Positions 7,995 through 18,343 are shown, counted from the stretch's first letter. The stretch: DNA of 45,494 bases from Calditrichota bacterium (GCA_003696445.1 RFHE01000177.1:1-45494), one strand, 5' to 3'. A program made the numbers and translations. Notes: a model not told the origin generated them from the sequence alone.

Positions 7995-9407
7995 TTAGCG
8001 AGCCTTTTTATACAACCGGACGGCAAAGGAGCCATCCATCTTATGGCGATGGGGAAAAGTGCGAACAAAGCATTTGCTCCACAGGTACTGAGCCGGCAGT
8101 TCCCCGCTAAGCTCCTCGGAAACAAATTCGGGATGGGTTTCCAGAAACTGCTGAACCACCTGTTCGTTTTCTTGAGGGTCGATGGTACAGGTGCTGTAAA
8201 CCAGCCGTCCGCCTGGTTTCAGGAGTTGGGCAGCGCAATCCAGCAGGCGCAGTTGGAGCTGACTCATGTTTTCAATGTCCTGCTGGCTCCGTTTCCACTT
8301 TAAATCCACTCGTTTTTGCAGCACGCCCAGTCCACTGCAGGGGGCATCCAGAAGGATGCGGTCGAAACGAAGGGTGGTTGGGCAAGCCAACGCATCGGCG
8401 CATACGGTAGTGGCACAGTCCACCCCAAAACGGCGCAAATTGTCGGCCAGCATTTTCGCCCGATGCAGGTGCCTTTCCAAAGTAACCAGCCGTCCTTTAT
8501 TGTTCATTAATTCGGCAATGTAGTTGGATTTCCCGCCGGGAGCCGCACACATATCCAGAATAGTCTCCCCCGGCCTTGGCTGTAGGAGTCGAACCGGAAT
8601 TCCGGTGCTGACATCCTGAATGGAAATCCACCCCTTACGCATTAAATCCAATTTGCGAAACTCGCTAAAATTGTCGATGGCCAGGAATTCGGGGAAATCT
8701 GGATGGATCTGATATTGAATGCTGTTTTCTTCCAGAATTTTAAAAACAACTTCCCGGTTAGCCTGAAGGGAATTGATACGGCCGTAAATACGGGGCCGCT
8801 GATTGTTGGCTTCGCACAGTTTCATCGCCTCATCAATGCCCCAAAACTCCACCCAGCGTTGCAACAACCAGAAAGGATGGGAATAGCGGACCGCTACCCG
8901 TTCCAGGTAAGGTAATTCGATTTCGGCCAGTTCCAGCCGCCGGGCCTGCCGCAAGTAATTGCGTAAAATGGCATTAACCAGGTTGGCTGTTTTTTGATTA
9001 AACCGCTTCTTGGCAATTTCCACCGCCTCGTTTAAAACCGCGTAGGGGGGGATGCGATCCAGGTACATTAACTGGTAAAGCGAGGCGCGAAGATTGTTTT
9101 TTACCTCGGGAATGAGATCTTCGTAACTGCCCACATAAAGCTGCTGAAGGTACCAGTCCAACCGATAGCGCCAGCGGAGGGTGCCATTGACCACTTCGGT
9201 AATCAGGGCACGATCCACCTCGTTAAACTCCTCCACCTCTCTCTCCAGTAAACGATCGGTATAGGCCTGTTGCGTATCCACACGGGTCAGAATTTCCACA
9301 ATTTTTGCCCGAGCATTAATCTGGGATTCCGGCTGGCTGCTTTTAGCCCGCCCTCCATTACCCGAGCCACTGGGTACAGCGGAGGCTTGTTCTTCCCGAT
9401 AGTCCAT
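7995..9407 (-). CDS. rsmB: 16S rRNA (cytosine967-C5)-methyltransferase with N-terminal NusB domain
   Basis: NusB-like AVLNEAVEIAK and NLVNAILRN; ILDMCAAPGGKS, ILLDAPCSGLG, LVYSTCT. Confidence 0.93.
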   Translation of the reverse strand: MDYREEQASAVPSGSGNGGRAKSSQPESQINARAKIVEILTRVDTQQAYTDRLLEREVEEFNEVDRALITEVVNGTLRWRYRLDWYLQQLYVGSYEDLIPEVKNNLRASLYQLMYLDRIPPYAVLNEAVEIAKKRFNQKTANLVNAILRNYLRQARRLELAEIELPYLERVAVRYSHPFWLLQRWVEFWGIDEAMKLCEANNQRPRIYGRINSLQANREVVFKILEENSIQYQIHPDFPEFLAIDNFSEFRKLDLMRKGWISIQDVSTGIPVRLLQPRPGETILDMCAAPGGKSNYIAELMNNKGRLVTLERHLHRAKMLADNLRRFGVDCATTVCADALACPTTLRFDRILLDAPCSGLGVLQKRVDLKWKRSQQDIENMSQLQLRLLDCAAQLLKPGGRLVYSTCTIDPQENEQVVQQFLETHPEFVSEELSGELPAQYLWSKCFVRTFPHRHKMDGSFAVRLYKKAR

Positions 9408-9605
9408 ATTTTATTTGCACAATCCAGGTTTAGGGAACATTTGCCGTTTAATCCAGCTGACCGGTCCATTTCGGCTGTTTAACCAGCCTTTGTTCTACCG
9501 GCTTTTTCCATTAAACTCCCCTATTGAGGAAAGGTTTTACGGACCCCATCTTCACAAATTGAACCTTCCCTTTTGGGTCAGCGGAAAGCCTACTCGGCCC
9601 CTGCT

Positions 9606-10439
9606 CTACTCGTGACTGGTTTTGTGTGCAGGCTGGTAAGGCACCGGGATGTACTGAACGCCGCCTGCCCGCCGTACGGGTTGAGGGAACAGGCTCATGA
9701 AATCGTAAATTTCTTCCGGCATTTCCGTGGATACCGGCAAGCCAATTCGTTTAGCTTCCTCAGGCATAATCGGGTAATCGTGAGTCCAGTGTCCCATGGC
9801 CAGTAGATCGGCAATCTGTTCGGCCTTTTCCTTATCCATTTTTCCATCCAGGATTTCCTGAACGGTGGCTTTTAATTGCCGGATAGCCTTTTCCCCCACA
9901 TCGCCCATGATCAGGGTCTGATCATCTACTTTGTCCGGCTTTTTCTTTTCGATAGCGGCAAGGATGGAGGCGGCCGGAAACTGCCCCAGTTGCGGATCGA
10001 CCGGACCCAGCACCGCATTGTGGTCCATAACGATCTCGTCCGCCGCCAGCGCGATAAGTGTTCCCCCTGACATGGCATAGTGGGGAACGAATACGGTGAC
10101 TTTTCCCGGATGGCGCTTCAAGCCCATGGCAATTTGTTTAGCAGCCAGGGCCAAACCGCCGGGCGTGTGAACGATTAGGTCGATGGGCATGTTGGGATCG
10201 GTAAGTTTAATAGCCCGCAAAATCTCTTCCGAGTCCTCAATGTTAATAAAACGCATCACCGGAAAACCGAGCACGCTCATGGTTTCCTGGCGATGAACCA
10301 TCGCAATTAACCGGCTGCCTCGGTTCTGCTCAATCTTGCGCATCAACCGTACCCGGGCGGATTCCAGCATACGCTGGCGAATGATCGGCTGAATGGCGGT
10401 AATAATGAAAAACAGCCAGAACAAATCCATAATACTCAT
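9606..10439 (-). CDS. SDH-family ClpP-fold serine protease with N-terminal membrane anchor
   Basis: HTPGG, VPHYAMSGGTLIALAADEI, LGPVDPQ, WTHDYPI; start MSIMDLFW at 10439 after GAGGGGG (the longer ORF overlaps the rhomboid gene). Confidence 0.88.
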   Translation of the reverse strand: MSIMDLFWLFFIITAIQPIIRQRMLESARVRLMRKIEQNRGSRLIAMVHRQETMSVLGFPVMRFINIEDSEEILRAIKLTDPNMPIDLIVHTPGGLALAAKQIAMGLKRHPGKVTVFVPHYAMSGGTLIALAADEIVMDHNAVLGPVDPQLGQFPAASILAAIEKKKPDKVDDQTLIMGDVGEKAIRQLKATVQEILDGKMDKEKAEQIADLLAMGHWTHDYPIMPEEAKRIGLPVSTEMPEEIYDFMSLFPQPVRRAGGVQYIPVPYQPAHKTSHE

Positions 10440-10470
10440 ATCGCAAGCCCCCTCAACTTTAGCATTTTCC

Positions 10471-11181
10471 TTACCAGGGACGAAACTGATCCCGATGAAC
10501 TTTAACCAATTGTTTTCTTCGTCGAAACACAAATTGCAACAGTGCACCAGCCACAAACCCACCAAAATGGGCCCACCAGGCTACCCCACCTGCATTTGAA
10601 GCGACGCCCAACGACAGGGTTCCTTCAATGAGTTGCATAAAAACCCAAAAACCCAGAAAGAAAAGAGCCGGTATTTCGATAATATCCACAAAGAAAAACA
10701 GGAAAATAGCCGTAATGACCCGCGAATAGGGAAACATGAGAAAATAAGCCCCCATCACTCCGGCAATGGCGCCGCTGGCACCAATGGTTGGCACATGGGA
10801 ATTCGGGTTCATGTAAAGATGGGTAAACCCGGCGGCCAGCCCGCACAGAATGTAAAAGGCAAAATAGCGCCCATGCCCCATCCGGTCCTCCACGTTGTCG
10901 CCAAAAATCCACAGGTACCACATGTTGCCAATCAGATGAAACCATCCGCCATGAAGAAACATGGAGGTAAAAATCGGATAGTAGCGCGCCCAAACATTGC
11001 CCGGTTCATTGGCGGCCAGCCAGAAAAACTTGGCCGGAATCACTCCAAAATGACGTAAAAACGGCTCCAATTGAGGCCCCAGGGACACCTCGTAAAGAAA
11101 GATCAAGGCGTTGATGACAATCAGGCTGACATTAACCACCGGGAACGTGTACGATGGAATGGTATCTTTTAGCGGGAACAC
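10471..11181 (-). CDS. Rhomboid intramembrane serine protease
   Basis: SMFLHGGWFHLIGNMWYLWIFG, GASGAIAG (catalytic Ser), AWWAHFGG (catalytic His). Confidence 0.95.
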   Translation of the reverse strand: MFPLKDTIPSYTFPVVNVSLIVINALIFLYEVSLGPQLEPFLRHFGVIPAKFFWLAANEPGNVWARYYPIFTSMFLHGGWFHLIGNMWYLWIFGDNVEDRMGHGRYFAFYILCGLAAGFTHLYMNPNSHVPTIGASGAIAGVMGAYFLMFPYSRVITAIFLFFFVDIIEIPALFFLGFWVFMQLIEGTLSLGVASNAGGVAWWAHFGGFVAGALLQFVFRRRKQLVKVHRDQFRPW

Positions 11182-11258
11182 AGAAAGACCTTATCGTTTT
11201 TTGTATTTTCCTCGCTAACAAAATTAGACAAAACAGCTTTTATCTGAAAGCAACGAAA

Positions 11259-12173
11259 TTAGAAATTTGATTCGAACCGTTTCACCGTTAGAACCGGACA
11301 GGCCGCCCAGCGGACCACTTTTTCTGTAGTACTTCCCAATAGAAAATAATCCAATCCACTTAATCCATGTGTGGAAATCACGATCAAATCCATGTGATTT
11401 GCGGCGGCAAAATCGACAATTTGTTTGTGGGCTTTGCCCTCCAGCACCACGTACTCCTCGACCCTGCTTTCCGTCCCCCAATCGGAAACAAACGCCTGCA
11501 TGTTGTCGATAATTTGTTTTTTCAGAGCCGGGTCCACTTCGAATACCGAGTGCACATCCCCTGCATACACCGATGGGTGAACATCCTGTTCCACGACATG
11601 CAGAATGGTTATGCGCGCCTCAAACTTTTCGCACAGACAAAAGGCATGTTCCAGAGCACGCTGGCAGTAAACGGAAAAATCGATGGGAACCAAAATGCGT
11701 TGCAATTGAAACGATTTTACCGAACGGTGAACGGTCAGTACCGGCACAGGGGCCAGGCGCACTATCTTTTCGGCAACACTTCCTTGAAGCAGATGGGACA
11801 GGCCGGTGCGTCCGTGGCTGCCCATTACCACCAAATCGACAGGATGCGATTCAACGTAATCCAGAATGGCGTTGCCGGCGGAAACCCCGCGCACCACTTC
11901 GGTTTGAATCCGGGCGCCCCGGCTGATGCCCAACATTTTTCGGGCACTCATCTGCCCGAAGATCTTTTTCTCCTGCTCGGCAACCCACTGAGTATAGGCC
12001 TGCAGGCGTTGTTGGTCGGAGGCGTCTTCCTGGAACAGAACCGCTGCATGAAGCAAACGCACCTGAGCATCGAAAGCCTGTGCCAGATGTAGGGCATAAT
12101 CCACCGCCAGGTCGGAAAACGGGGAAAAATCCACCGGTACCAGAATGGTTTTAAGGTCAGCCTCTAAATTCAT
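11259..12173 (-). CDS. Tandem universal stress protein (two USP domains)
   Basis: Two ILVP(V/I)DFS starts; VMGSHGRTG..LLQGSVAEKIVR and STHG..LLGSTTEKVVR. Confidence 0.93.
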   Translation of the reverse strand: MNLEADLKTILVPVDFSPFSDLAVDYALHLAQAFDAQVRLLHAAVLFQEDASDQQRLQAYTQWVAEQEKKIFGQMSARKMLGISRGARIQTEVVRGVSAGNAILDYVESHPVDLVVMGSHGRTGLSHLLQGSVAEKIVRLAPVPVLTVHRSVKSFQLQRILVPIDFSVYCQRALEHAFCLCEKFEARITILHVVEQDVHPSVYAGDVHSVFEVDPALKKQIIDNMQAFVSDWGTESRVEEYVVLEGKAHKQIVDFAAANHMDLIVISTHGLSGLDYFLLGSTTEKVVRWAACPVLTVKRFESNF

Positions 12174-12249
12174 GGTCAAACTCGTTAAATAGGTGATTGC
12201 CCCGGGCGAAGTGTATCCCCCTTCCCGAGGCAATGTAAGCACAGATGCG

Positions 12250-14211
12250 CTAATTTGTTCTGGATTTCTTGAGGGGAATGGCTACCAGCAGATAAAGCAA
12301 GCCAACAAAGACCAGCAGTCCAAGCCACACACTGGGATGTTGTGCTCCCCAGTCGGCCAACCGAAAGTTGCTGCCCTTGAGGCTGGCCCCCAACACCACA
12401 AAGGCCAGGATCACCGCCATCAGTGCTTCGCCGGCAATCAAGCCGGAAGAAAGCAACACGCCCACGTTTTCGGCCTTTACTTTTTCCTCGACTCCGGCAC
12501 CGCGGCGGCGAAGCATAAACTCCAGAACCCATTTAATAATGCCGCCAACAAAAATTGCCGCCGTGGAATGAAAGGGCAAGTACATCCCCACCGCCACCAG
12601 CATAGGGGAAGGGGCATTAACCAAAATTAATCCCACAGCAAAAAACATCCCTGCAACCACCAGTGGCCAGGCCATTTCGCCACCCACAATGCCCTTAGCC
12701 ATCAGAGCCATTAAGCCGGCCTGGGGTGCGGGGAGCTCCTCGCTGCCAATGTGGTACACGGAATCCATAGCCACCATGGGCCAGACCAGCACCAGGGAAG
12801 CAGCAATTACACCGATGATTTCCCCCATTTCCATCTTCCAAGGGGTTCCCCCCAGAATATGACCCACCTTCAGGTCCTGCATCATGTCCCCAGCAATGCC
12901 GGCGGCACAGCACACCACTCCGGCGACGCCCAACACACCCATCACCCCGTGGGTTCCGGTTACACCCAGCCCTACCATGAGCAAGGCGGAAATGAGCAAA
13001 GCGGACAGGGTTAGCCCGGAAATTGGATTGTTGGAACTACCCACCAGGCCAACCAGGTATCCGGCCACGGCAGCAAAAAGGAATCCAAGCACAATGAGCA
13101 CCAGGGTTAACACCAGGGCACCGCCTACCGAATCGGCAAAATAGCGGTAGAGGAAAAAGATGGGTACGGAAAGAATAACAATTGTGGTAATGACCTTCTT
13201 AAAATCCAGATCAAGCTCCAGGCGATTAACTTTCTCGGCGCCGGTTTTAGCCAGAGAAAGGTCGCGCAAGGCTTTGGTAATGCCGGAAATCAGTGCAGAT
13301 CGCAGGTTGTAGAGGGTGTAAAAGGCGGCCACAATCATGGTGCCGACTGCCAGCGGACGAATCTGGCGGAACCAGACTTCCATGGCCACCTCCGTCCAGC
13401 TATGGCCGGCATTCACCAGTTCGCTAAGCCCGGGATTCAGGAAAATGCCCATGGGAACCAAAAAGAGCCATCCCATCAGGGCGCCGGCGAACAACACAGC
13501 AGACACCCTAAGCCCGACAATGAAGCCGACGCCTACCAGGGCCGGCGAAGCCGCCGGGGTTTCCAGAATAAAACCCCCCCCATAGCTGATTTTTTGGCCC
13601 AGCATGGAGATTTTGGAACTGGCCATGGGAAAGAAATCGCGGGAATGGTCCTTAATAAACTGAATACCGTTGGAGTTTTTGAATAGCTCCCACAGCGCGG
13701 CAAGGCCCATGCTGCCGAAAACGTAGGCGGCGCCGGTCTGCCCTCCCTGGCCGGCTTTCACGATTTCCGCTGCCGCCACACTTTCCGGAAAGGGCAGATC
13801 GGCCTCTTCGATTAAAGAACGGCGCAGCACGATGACAAATAATACCCCCAGGACACCACCGCTGAGCATAATCAGGGTGCTTTCCCAATAATGGAGGGTG
13901 TCCCACACCCCACTGATTACGAAGGCGGGGATGGTAAAAATAGCTCCGGCAATCAGTGCTTCGCCCACCGAGGCGGTTGTTCTGGCGATGTTTTCCTCCA
14001 GCACCGTCCCGCCGAACACCCTAAGGGCAGCCATGGCTACCACTGCCGCCGGAAAGGTAGCCGCCACAGTGAGCCCGGCCTTCATGCCCAGGTAGGCATT
14101 GGCGGCACCAAGAATGATCGCCATAATGACACCCAGCACCAGGGCACGTAGCGTCATTTCCTTTAAATCGGTATCCGCAGGAACAAATGGCGTAAAACGG
14201 CTGGCTTCCAT
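12250..14211 (-). CDS. OPT-family oligopeptide transporter
   Basis: ANAYLGMKAG, LPFPESVAAAEI, GSSNNPISG, MQDLKVG, LPAPQA motifs; many TM helices; GGAGG RBS. Confidence 0.95.
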   Translation of the reverse strand: MEASRFTPFVPADTDLKEMTLRALVLGVIMAIILGAANAYLGMKAGLTVAATFPAAVVAMAALRVFGGTVLEENIARTTASVGEALIAGAIFTIPAFVISGVWDTLHYWESTLIMLSGGVLGVLFVIVLRRSLIEEADLPFPESVAAAEIVKAGQGGQTGAAYVFGSMGLAALWELFKNSNGIQFIKDHSRDFFPMASSKISMLGQKISYGGGFILETPAASPALVGVGFIVGLRVSAVLFAGALMGWLFLVPMGIFLNPGLSELVNAGHSWTEVAMEVWFRQIRPLAVGTMIVAAFYTLYNLRSALISGITKALRDLSLAKTGAEKVNRLELDLDFKKVITTIVILSVPIFFLYRYFADSVGGALVLTLVLIVLGFLFAAVAGYLVGLVGSSNNPISGLTLSALLISALLMVGLGVTGTHGVMGVLGVAGVVCCAAGIAGDMMQDLKVGHILGGTPWKMEMGEIIGVIAASLVLVWPMVAMDSVYHIGSEELPAPQAGLMALMAKGIVGGEMAWPLVVAGMFFAVGLILVNAPSPMLVAVGMYLPFHSTAAIFVGGIIKWVLEFMLRRRGAGVEEKVKAENVGVLLSSGLIAGEALMAVILAFVVLGASLKGSNFRLADWGAQHPSVWLGLLVFVGLLYLLVAIPLKKSRTN

Positions 14212-14393
14212 ACGACCTCCTCGCGTTTAAGATTGGGCTCTTCTCATTCCCCGGCCACGGTACCGCCTTCTCGGCCGTGGGGACGTCCCCCCGAGACCAG
14301 GCAAAAATACCACCCGCCGGCGTAAACTTTCAAGATGGGGAAACATTTTGCTGTTCTGCCAGGAAAACAAGCCCAACCCGTGCGGCTGGAGGT

Positions 14394-14434
14394 ACAACAA
14401 AAAGGCCCTGCCATGGCAATCTGCAGGCAGGGCC
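14394..14434 (-). terminator. Intrinsic terminator after citrate synthase
   Basis: GGCCCTGCC-N13-GGCAGGGCC stem followed by TTTTTGTTGT on the minus strand. Confidence 0.75.
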
Positions 14435-14460
14435 GGAAAAAGACAAAAGGACGTCGCCAA

Positions 14461-15807
14461 TCAGCCACGCTGATCCAACGGCACATAGTGACGCACCTCG
14501 GCCACACTTTTGTAGGAGGGCCGAATGATGCGACCGCCAGAGATCAACTCTTCCATTCGATGGGCAGACCAGCCCACAATACGGGCCATCGCGAACAAGG
14601 GCGTGTAAATTTCCTTGGGAAAGCCCAGCATGTCGTACACAAAGCCGGAATAAAAATCCACATTAGCGGAAATGACTTTGTTGGATTTTTTAACCCGCCG
14701 GAAAATTTCGGGAGTCAGTGTTTCCACCGCACGATAGAGATTGAATTCGTCCAGGCGACCTTTCTCGGCAGCCAGCTCGCGAGCCTTTTCCCGGAGAATC
14801 AGCGCCCGGGGATCGGATTTAGTGTACACCGCGTGCCCCATGCCGTAAACCAAGCCGGTGCGATTGTGCGCTTCTTTACGCAGGATTTTTTCGATGTAGC
14901 TGGCCACCTCTTCCTGATCATTCCAGTCCTTTACATTTTCTTTAATGTTCTGCATCATATCCATCACGTTGGCATTGGCTGCCCCGTGCAGGGGTCCCTT
15001 CAGCGAGCTGATAGCCGCAGCAACAGCGGCGTAGGTATCGGTCCAGGAGGAGGTGACCACATGCATGGTAAACGTGGAATTGTTGCCTCCACCGTGCTCG
15101 GCATGGAGAATCAGTGCCAAGTCCAGAATTTCGGCCTCCAGGGGCGTGAACTTGCCATCCGGACGCAGCATGTAGAGAAAATTTTCCGCAAGGTCCAGTT
15201 CCGGATCAGGTAAATGAATAAACAAGGACTGGCCATGAAACCAGTGATTGCGAGCATGCAAGGCATAGGCGATGATGGTGGGGAATTTGGCAACAATTTC
15301 CAGGCTCTGGCGCAACACATTGGCAATCGAAACATCATCGGCGTTTTTATCCAGTACGTAAAGGGCTAAAACCGTACGCTGCAGTTGATTCATAACATTG
15401 TTGCTGGGCAAATGAAGAATCTGGGAGGTCAACACTTCCTCATCCAAGGTTCGGCGGGAGCGCAAATACTGGTCAAACTCTTCCAGCTCCTGCTTGTTGG
15501 GCAAACGCCCCAGCAGCAGCAGGTACGCTACCTCGGCAAAGCCATGACGCCGCTCTTTTTGAATGCCCTCCACAATTTCGTTAATGTTTATGCCCCGGTA
15601 ATAAAGCCGACCGTCCACCGGTTCAATGCCAGCCTCGGTCTTCTTAAATCCCACCACACTGGAAATTTTGGTCAGCCCAGCCAAAACACCGGAACCATCT
15701 GCGTTTCGCAATCCCCGCTTAACATCAAATTTGGCATACAACTCGGGATCGATGTGATAAGCTTCCTCAATTTGATGAAGCGCCCGTTCAAGAAATTGGC
15801 TCTGCAT
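14461..15807 (-). CDS. gltA: Citrate (or 2-methylcitrate) synthase
   Basis: LYYRG, LHAEHGGGNNSTF, GPLHGAAN, GMGHAVY..DPRA, NVDFYSG; AGGAG RBS. Confidence 0.93.
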   Translation of the reverse strand: MQSQFLERALHQIEEAYHIDPELYAKFDVKRGLRNADGSGVLAGLTKISSVVGFKKTEAGIEPVDGRLYYRGININEIVEGIQKERRHGFAEVAYLLLLGRLPNKQELEEFDQYLRSRRTLDEEVLTSQILHLPSNNVMNQLQRTVLALYVLDKNADDVSIANVLRQSLEIVAKFPTIIAYALHARNHWFHGQSLFIHLPDPELDLAENFLYMLRPDGKFTPLEAEILDLALILHAEHGGGNNSTFTMHVVTSSWTDTYAAVAAAISSLKGPLHGAANANVMDMMQNIKENVKDWNDQEEVASYIEKILRKEAHNRTGLVYGMGHAVYTKSDPRALILREKARELAAEKGRLDEFNLYRAVETLTPEIFRRVKKSNKVISANVDFYSGFVYDMLGFPKEIYTPLFAMARIVGWSAHRMEELISGGRIIRPSYKSVAEVRHYVPLDQRG

Positions 15808-16063
15808 AGGTATGTCTCCTCTTTTGTCTATTGCACACTAAATTCGACAGAGTGATTCATTTAGTTAAATAACCCAAAAATGGTAAAGTTGCAACGCAAA
15901 TTTACTTTGTACGGCCTGCAAACTACCGACAACCTTTGTTATTCTCTTTTAAAGAACAAATGTGAATTACGCTTGAAAAATTGAGCACAGCGCTCGAATT
16001 TACCGCCTGGGGGACAGCGGCGAACCGCAATGCCTGATCCAGGCTCAAGGGAAGGATGCACTT

Positions 16064-16312
16064 ATGATTAAAATAATAAAAGTGAAATACCTGGAACCCC
16101 GGGAGGCGTTGGCCAGCATTCAAAAGGCCGGCATTATACCCTACCTGATCAACTGGGGCTGCGATGTGGACGAACAGAACCGGCGATTGATTTTTAATTT
16201 GCGCCATGGCAGCGGCAGTGGCGGGAGTTTTGATGAGGAATTGCGGCGGGTGGGAAACGAGATTGAACAGTTTTTGAAATCGATCGATCGACCCCGAGAA
16301 GACAGGGATTGA
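16064..16312 (+). CDS. Small 82-aa protein resembling a single secretin N (NolW-like) domain
   Basis: IKIIKVKYLEPREAL ... VDEQNRRLIF ... EIEQFLKSIDRP pattern; GGGAAGGA RBS; directly upstream of FTCD. Confidence 0.6.
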   Translation: MIKIIKVKYLEPREALASIQKAGIIPYLINWGCDVDEQNRRLIFNLRHGSGSGGSFDEELRRVGNEIEQFLKSIDRPREDRD

Positions 16313-16363
16313 AACTTGGGAAGACGGCACTGTGCCGAAAGAATAAAATTTTGAGAATGGCTT

Positions 16364-18202
16364 ATGGCAAAGAAACTGGTTGAATGTGTTCCTAATTTTT
16401 CAGAAGGGCGGAATAAAGAGGTTATCGATCAAATTACTGCGGCCATTCGCTCGGTGCCGGAGGTAGAATTGCTTTCGGTGGAAATGGGCGCCGATGTTAA
16501 CCGGACAGTGATTACCTTTATCGGCCCTCCGGAGCCGGTAGCCGAGGCGGCTTTTCGTGCTATTGCCAAGGCCACCGAATTGATTGACATGCGCCAGCAC
16601 AAAGGGGCCCATCCGCGCATGGGAGCCACTGACGTGTGCCCTTTTGTTCCCGTGAGTGGGGTCACCATGGAAGAGGTGGTGGAACTCTCCCGTCGGGTGG
16701 CGCGCCGGGTCGGCGAGGAATTGGGTATTCCGGTTTACTTGTACGAATATTCGGCCACACGGCCGGAACGGCGCAGCCTGGCCAACATTCGGGCTGGAGA
16801 GTACGAGGGCCTACCAGAAAAATTAAAGGATCCAGCCTGGAAACCGGACTTCGGGCCTGCTGAGTTCAATCCCAAAACGGGTGCCACCGTCATCGGGGCC
16901 CGGGAATTTTTAATTGCTTACAACATTACGCTCAACACCCGGGACAAGCAGCTGGCCATGGACATTGCCTTCGAATTACGCGAAAAAGGCCGCAGCGTAC
17001 GCACGGGTAATATTCATCCGGTGTACATGCGAGGCGAGCTTGTGAAATACCAGGAAAATCATTTCCCCTGCGGCAGTTGCTCCTTTGTTGGCAAGACCAT
17101 TGAGGAGACCGCGGTCCATTGCCAGCAAGCGCATGGCTACGACCTGGTGGCATTACTCAAGCAACACGGGATCGACCCCTCCAACCCCGTGGGACGTTCG
17201 GTCAAGAAACCGGGCAAATTTAAACATTGCCGGGCCATCGGCTGGTATGTAAAGGAGTACGGCCGTGCTCAGATTTCCTGCAACCTGACCAATTACAAAG
17301 TGACCCCACCACATCTGGTGCTGGAAGAGGCCCGCCGACTGGCTGCTGAACGAGGGCTAGTGGTTACTGGTAGCGAAATTGTAGGGCTGGTGCCCTTCGA
17401 CGCGATTTATCAGGCCGGGTTGTTTTACTTGAGCCGCCAGGGCTACACCACCGGGCTACCGGTCAAGGATGTGCTTGAGGCCGCCATCCATTCAATGGGG
17501 CTGAACGATGTGGCCCCCTTTGTGCCTGAGGAAAAGATTTTGGGATTGCCTCGGATGCCGCGCAACGCCCTGATGGCCATGCGCGCCGATGAACTGGTTC
17601 ATGAAGTCAGCAGGGAAACCCCGGCACCCGGCGGTGGTTCCATTGCCGCCCTGGCCGGCGCGCTGGGGAGCGCACTGGCTGCCATGGTCAGCAACCTCAC
17701 TGTGGGCAAAAAAGGCTACCAACAGGTTTGGCCGGAGCTGGACCAATTGGCTCGCCAAGCCCAAAAGGTGAAGGACCAGTTGATTGAAGCGGTGGATGCG
17801 GACACCCAGGCCTTCAACGACTATCTGGAAGCCCTGCGCCTGCCCCAAAACAACGAAGAGGAAATAAAACAACGCCAGCAAGCCATTCAGGAAGGTTTAA
17901 AAAAAGCCGTACAAGTGCCTTTGCAAACCGCCCGTTTAAGCCTGGAGGCCCTTCAACTTTGCCGGCAGGCGGCGGAAAAAGGCAATGTCAATTCCATGAC
18001 CGATGCCGGGGTTGGAGCACAGATGGCCTATGCCGGGGTTGTTGGCGGGGTGTTCAACGTGCTCACCAACTTGGGCGATATTGCAGATATCCGCTACGTT
18101 GAGGAAATGAAAGCCACCTGCCAGAAATTGCGCCAGGAAGCCGAAGAGATTTTGCAGCATACGCTGGACCGGGTGGAAAATTACTTGGCGGACAAAACCT
18201 GA
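16364..18202 (+). CDS. ftcD: Fused glutamate formimidoyltransferase / formimidoyl-THF cyclodeaminase with an internal insertion
   Basis: LVECVPNFSEGR, HPRMGATDVCPF, IRAGEYEGL, GAREFLIAYN; C-terminal PAPGGGSIAAL and GNVNSMTDAGVG. Confidence 0.95.
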   Translation: MAKKLVECVPNFSEGRNKEVIDQITAAIRSVPEVELLSVEMGADVNRTVITFIGPPEPVAEAAFRAIAKATELIDMRQHKGAHPRMGATDVCPFVPVSGVTMEEVVELSRRVARRVGEELGIPVYLYEYSATRPERRSLANIRAGEYEGLPEKLKDPAWKPDFGPAEFNPKTGATVIGAREFLIAYNITLNTRDKQLAMDIAFELREKGRSVRTGNIHPVYMRGELVKYQENHFPCGSCSFVGKTIEETAVHCQQAHGYDLVALLKQHGIDPSNPVGRSVKKPGKFKHCRAIGWYVKEYGRAQISCNLTNYKVTPPHLVLEEARRLAAERGLVVTGSEIVGLVPFDAIYQAGLFYLSRQGYTTGLPVKDVLEAAIHSMGLNDVAPFVPEEKILGLPRMPRNALMAMRADELVHEVSRETPAPGGGSIAALAGALGSALAAMVSNLTVGKKGYQQVWPELDQLARQAQKVKDQLIEAVDADTQAFNDYLEALRLPQNNEEEIKQRQQAIQEGLKKAVQVPLQTARLSLEALQLCRQAAEKGNVNSMTDAGVGAQMAYAGVVGGVFNVLTNLGDIADIRYVEEMKATCQKLRQEAEEILQHTLDRVENYLADKT

Positions 18203-18222
18203 TTTAGCAGCCGGGTTTTCAT

Positions 18223-18258
18223 ATTAAAAGCCCCGAACAGGGAACCTATTCGGGGCTT
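18223..18258 (-). terminator. Intrinsic terminator between convergent ftcD and the hybrid kinase gene
   Basis: Minus strand AAGCCCCGAATAGG-TTC-CCTGTTCGGGGCTT followed by TTAAT; may be bidirectional. Confidence 0.75.
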
Positions 18259-18343
18259 CGAGTTAGAGGGGAATGTTCCCGTTGCAGCAACTTCCCTGTC
18301 ACCAGCAATTCACATCCCTGTGTCCGGCCATTCCCTTCCAGAA

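Noticed and set aside
14335-15213. 292-aa plus-strand ORF
   Set aside because: Antisense shadow of citrate synthase.
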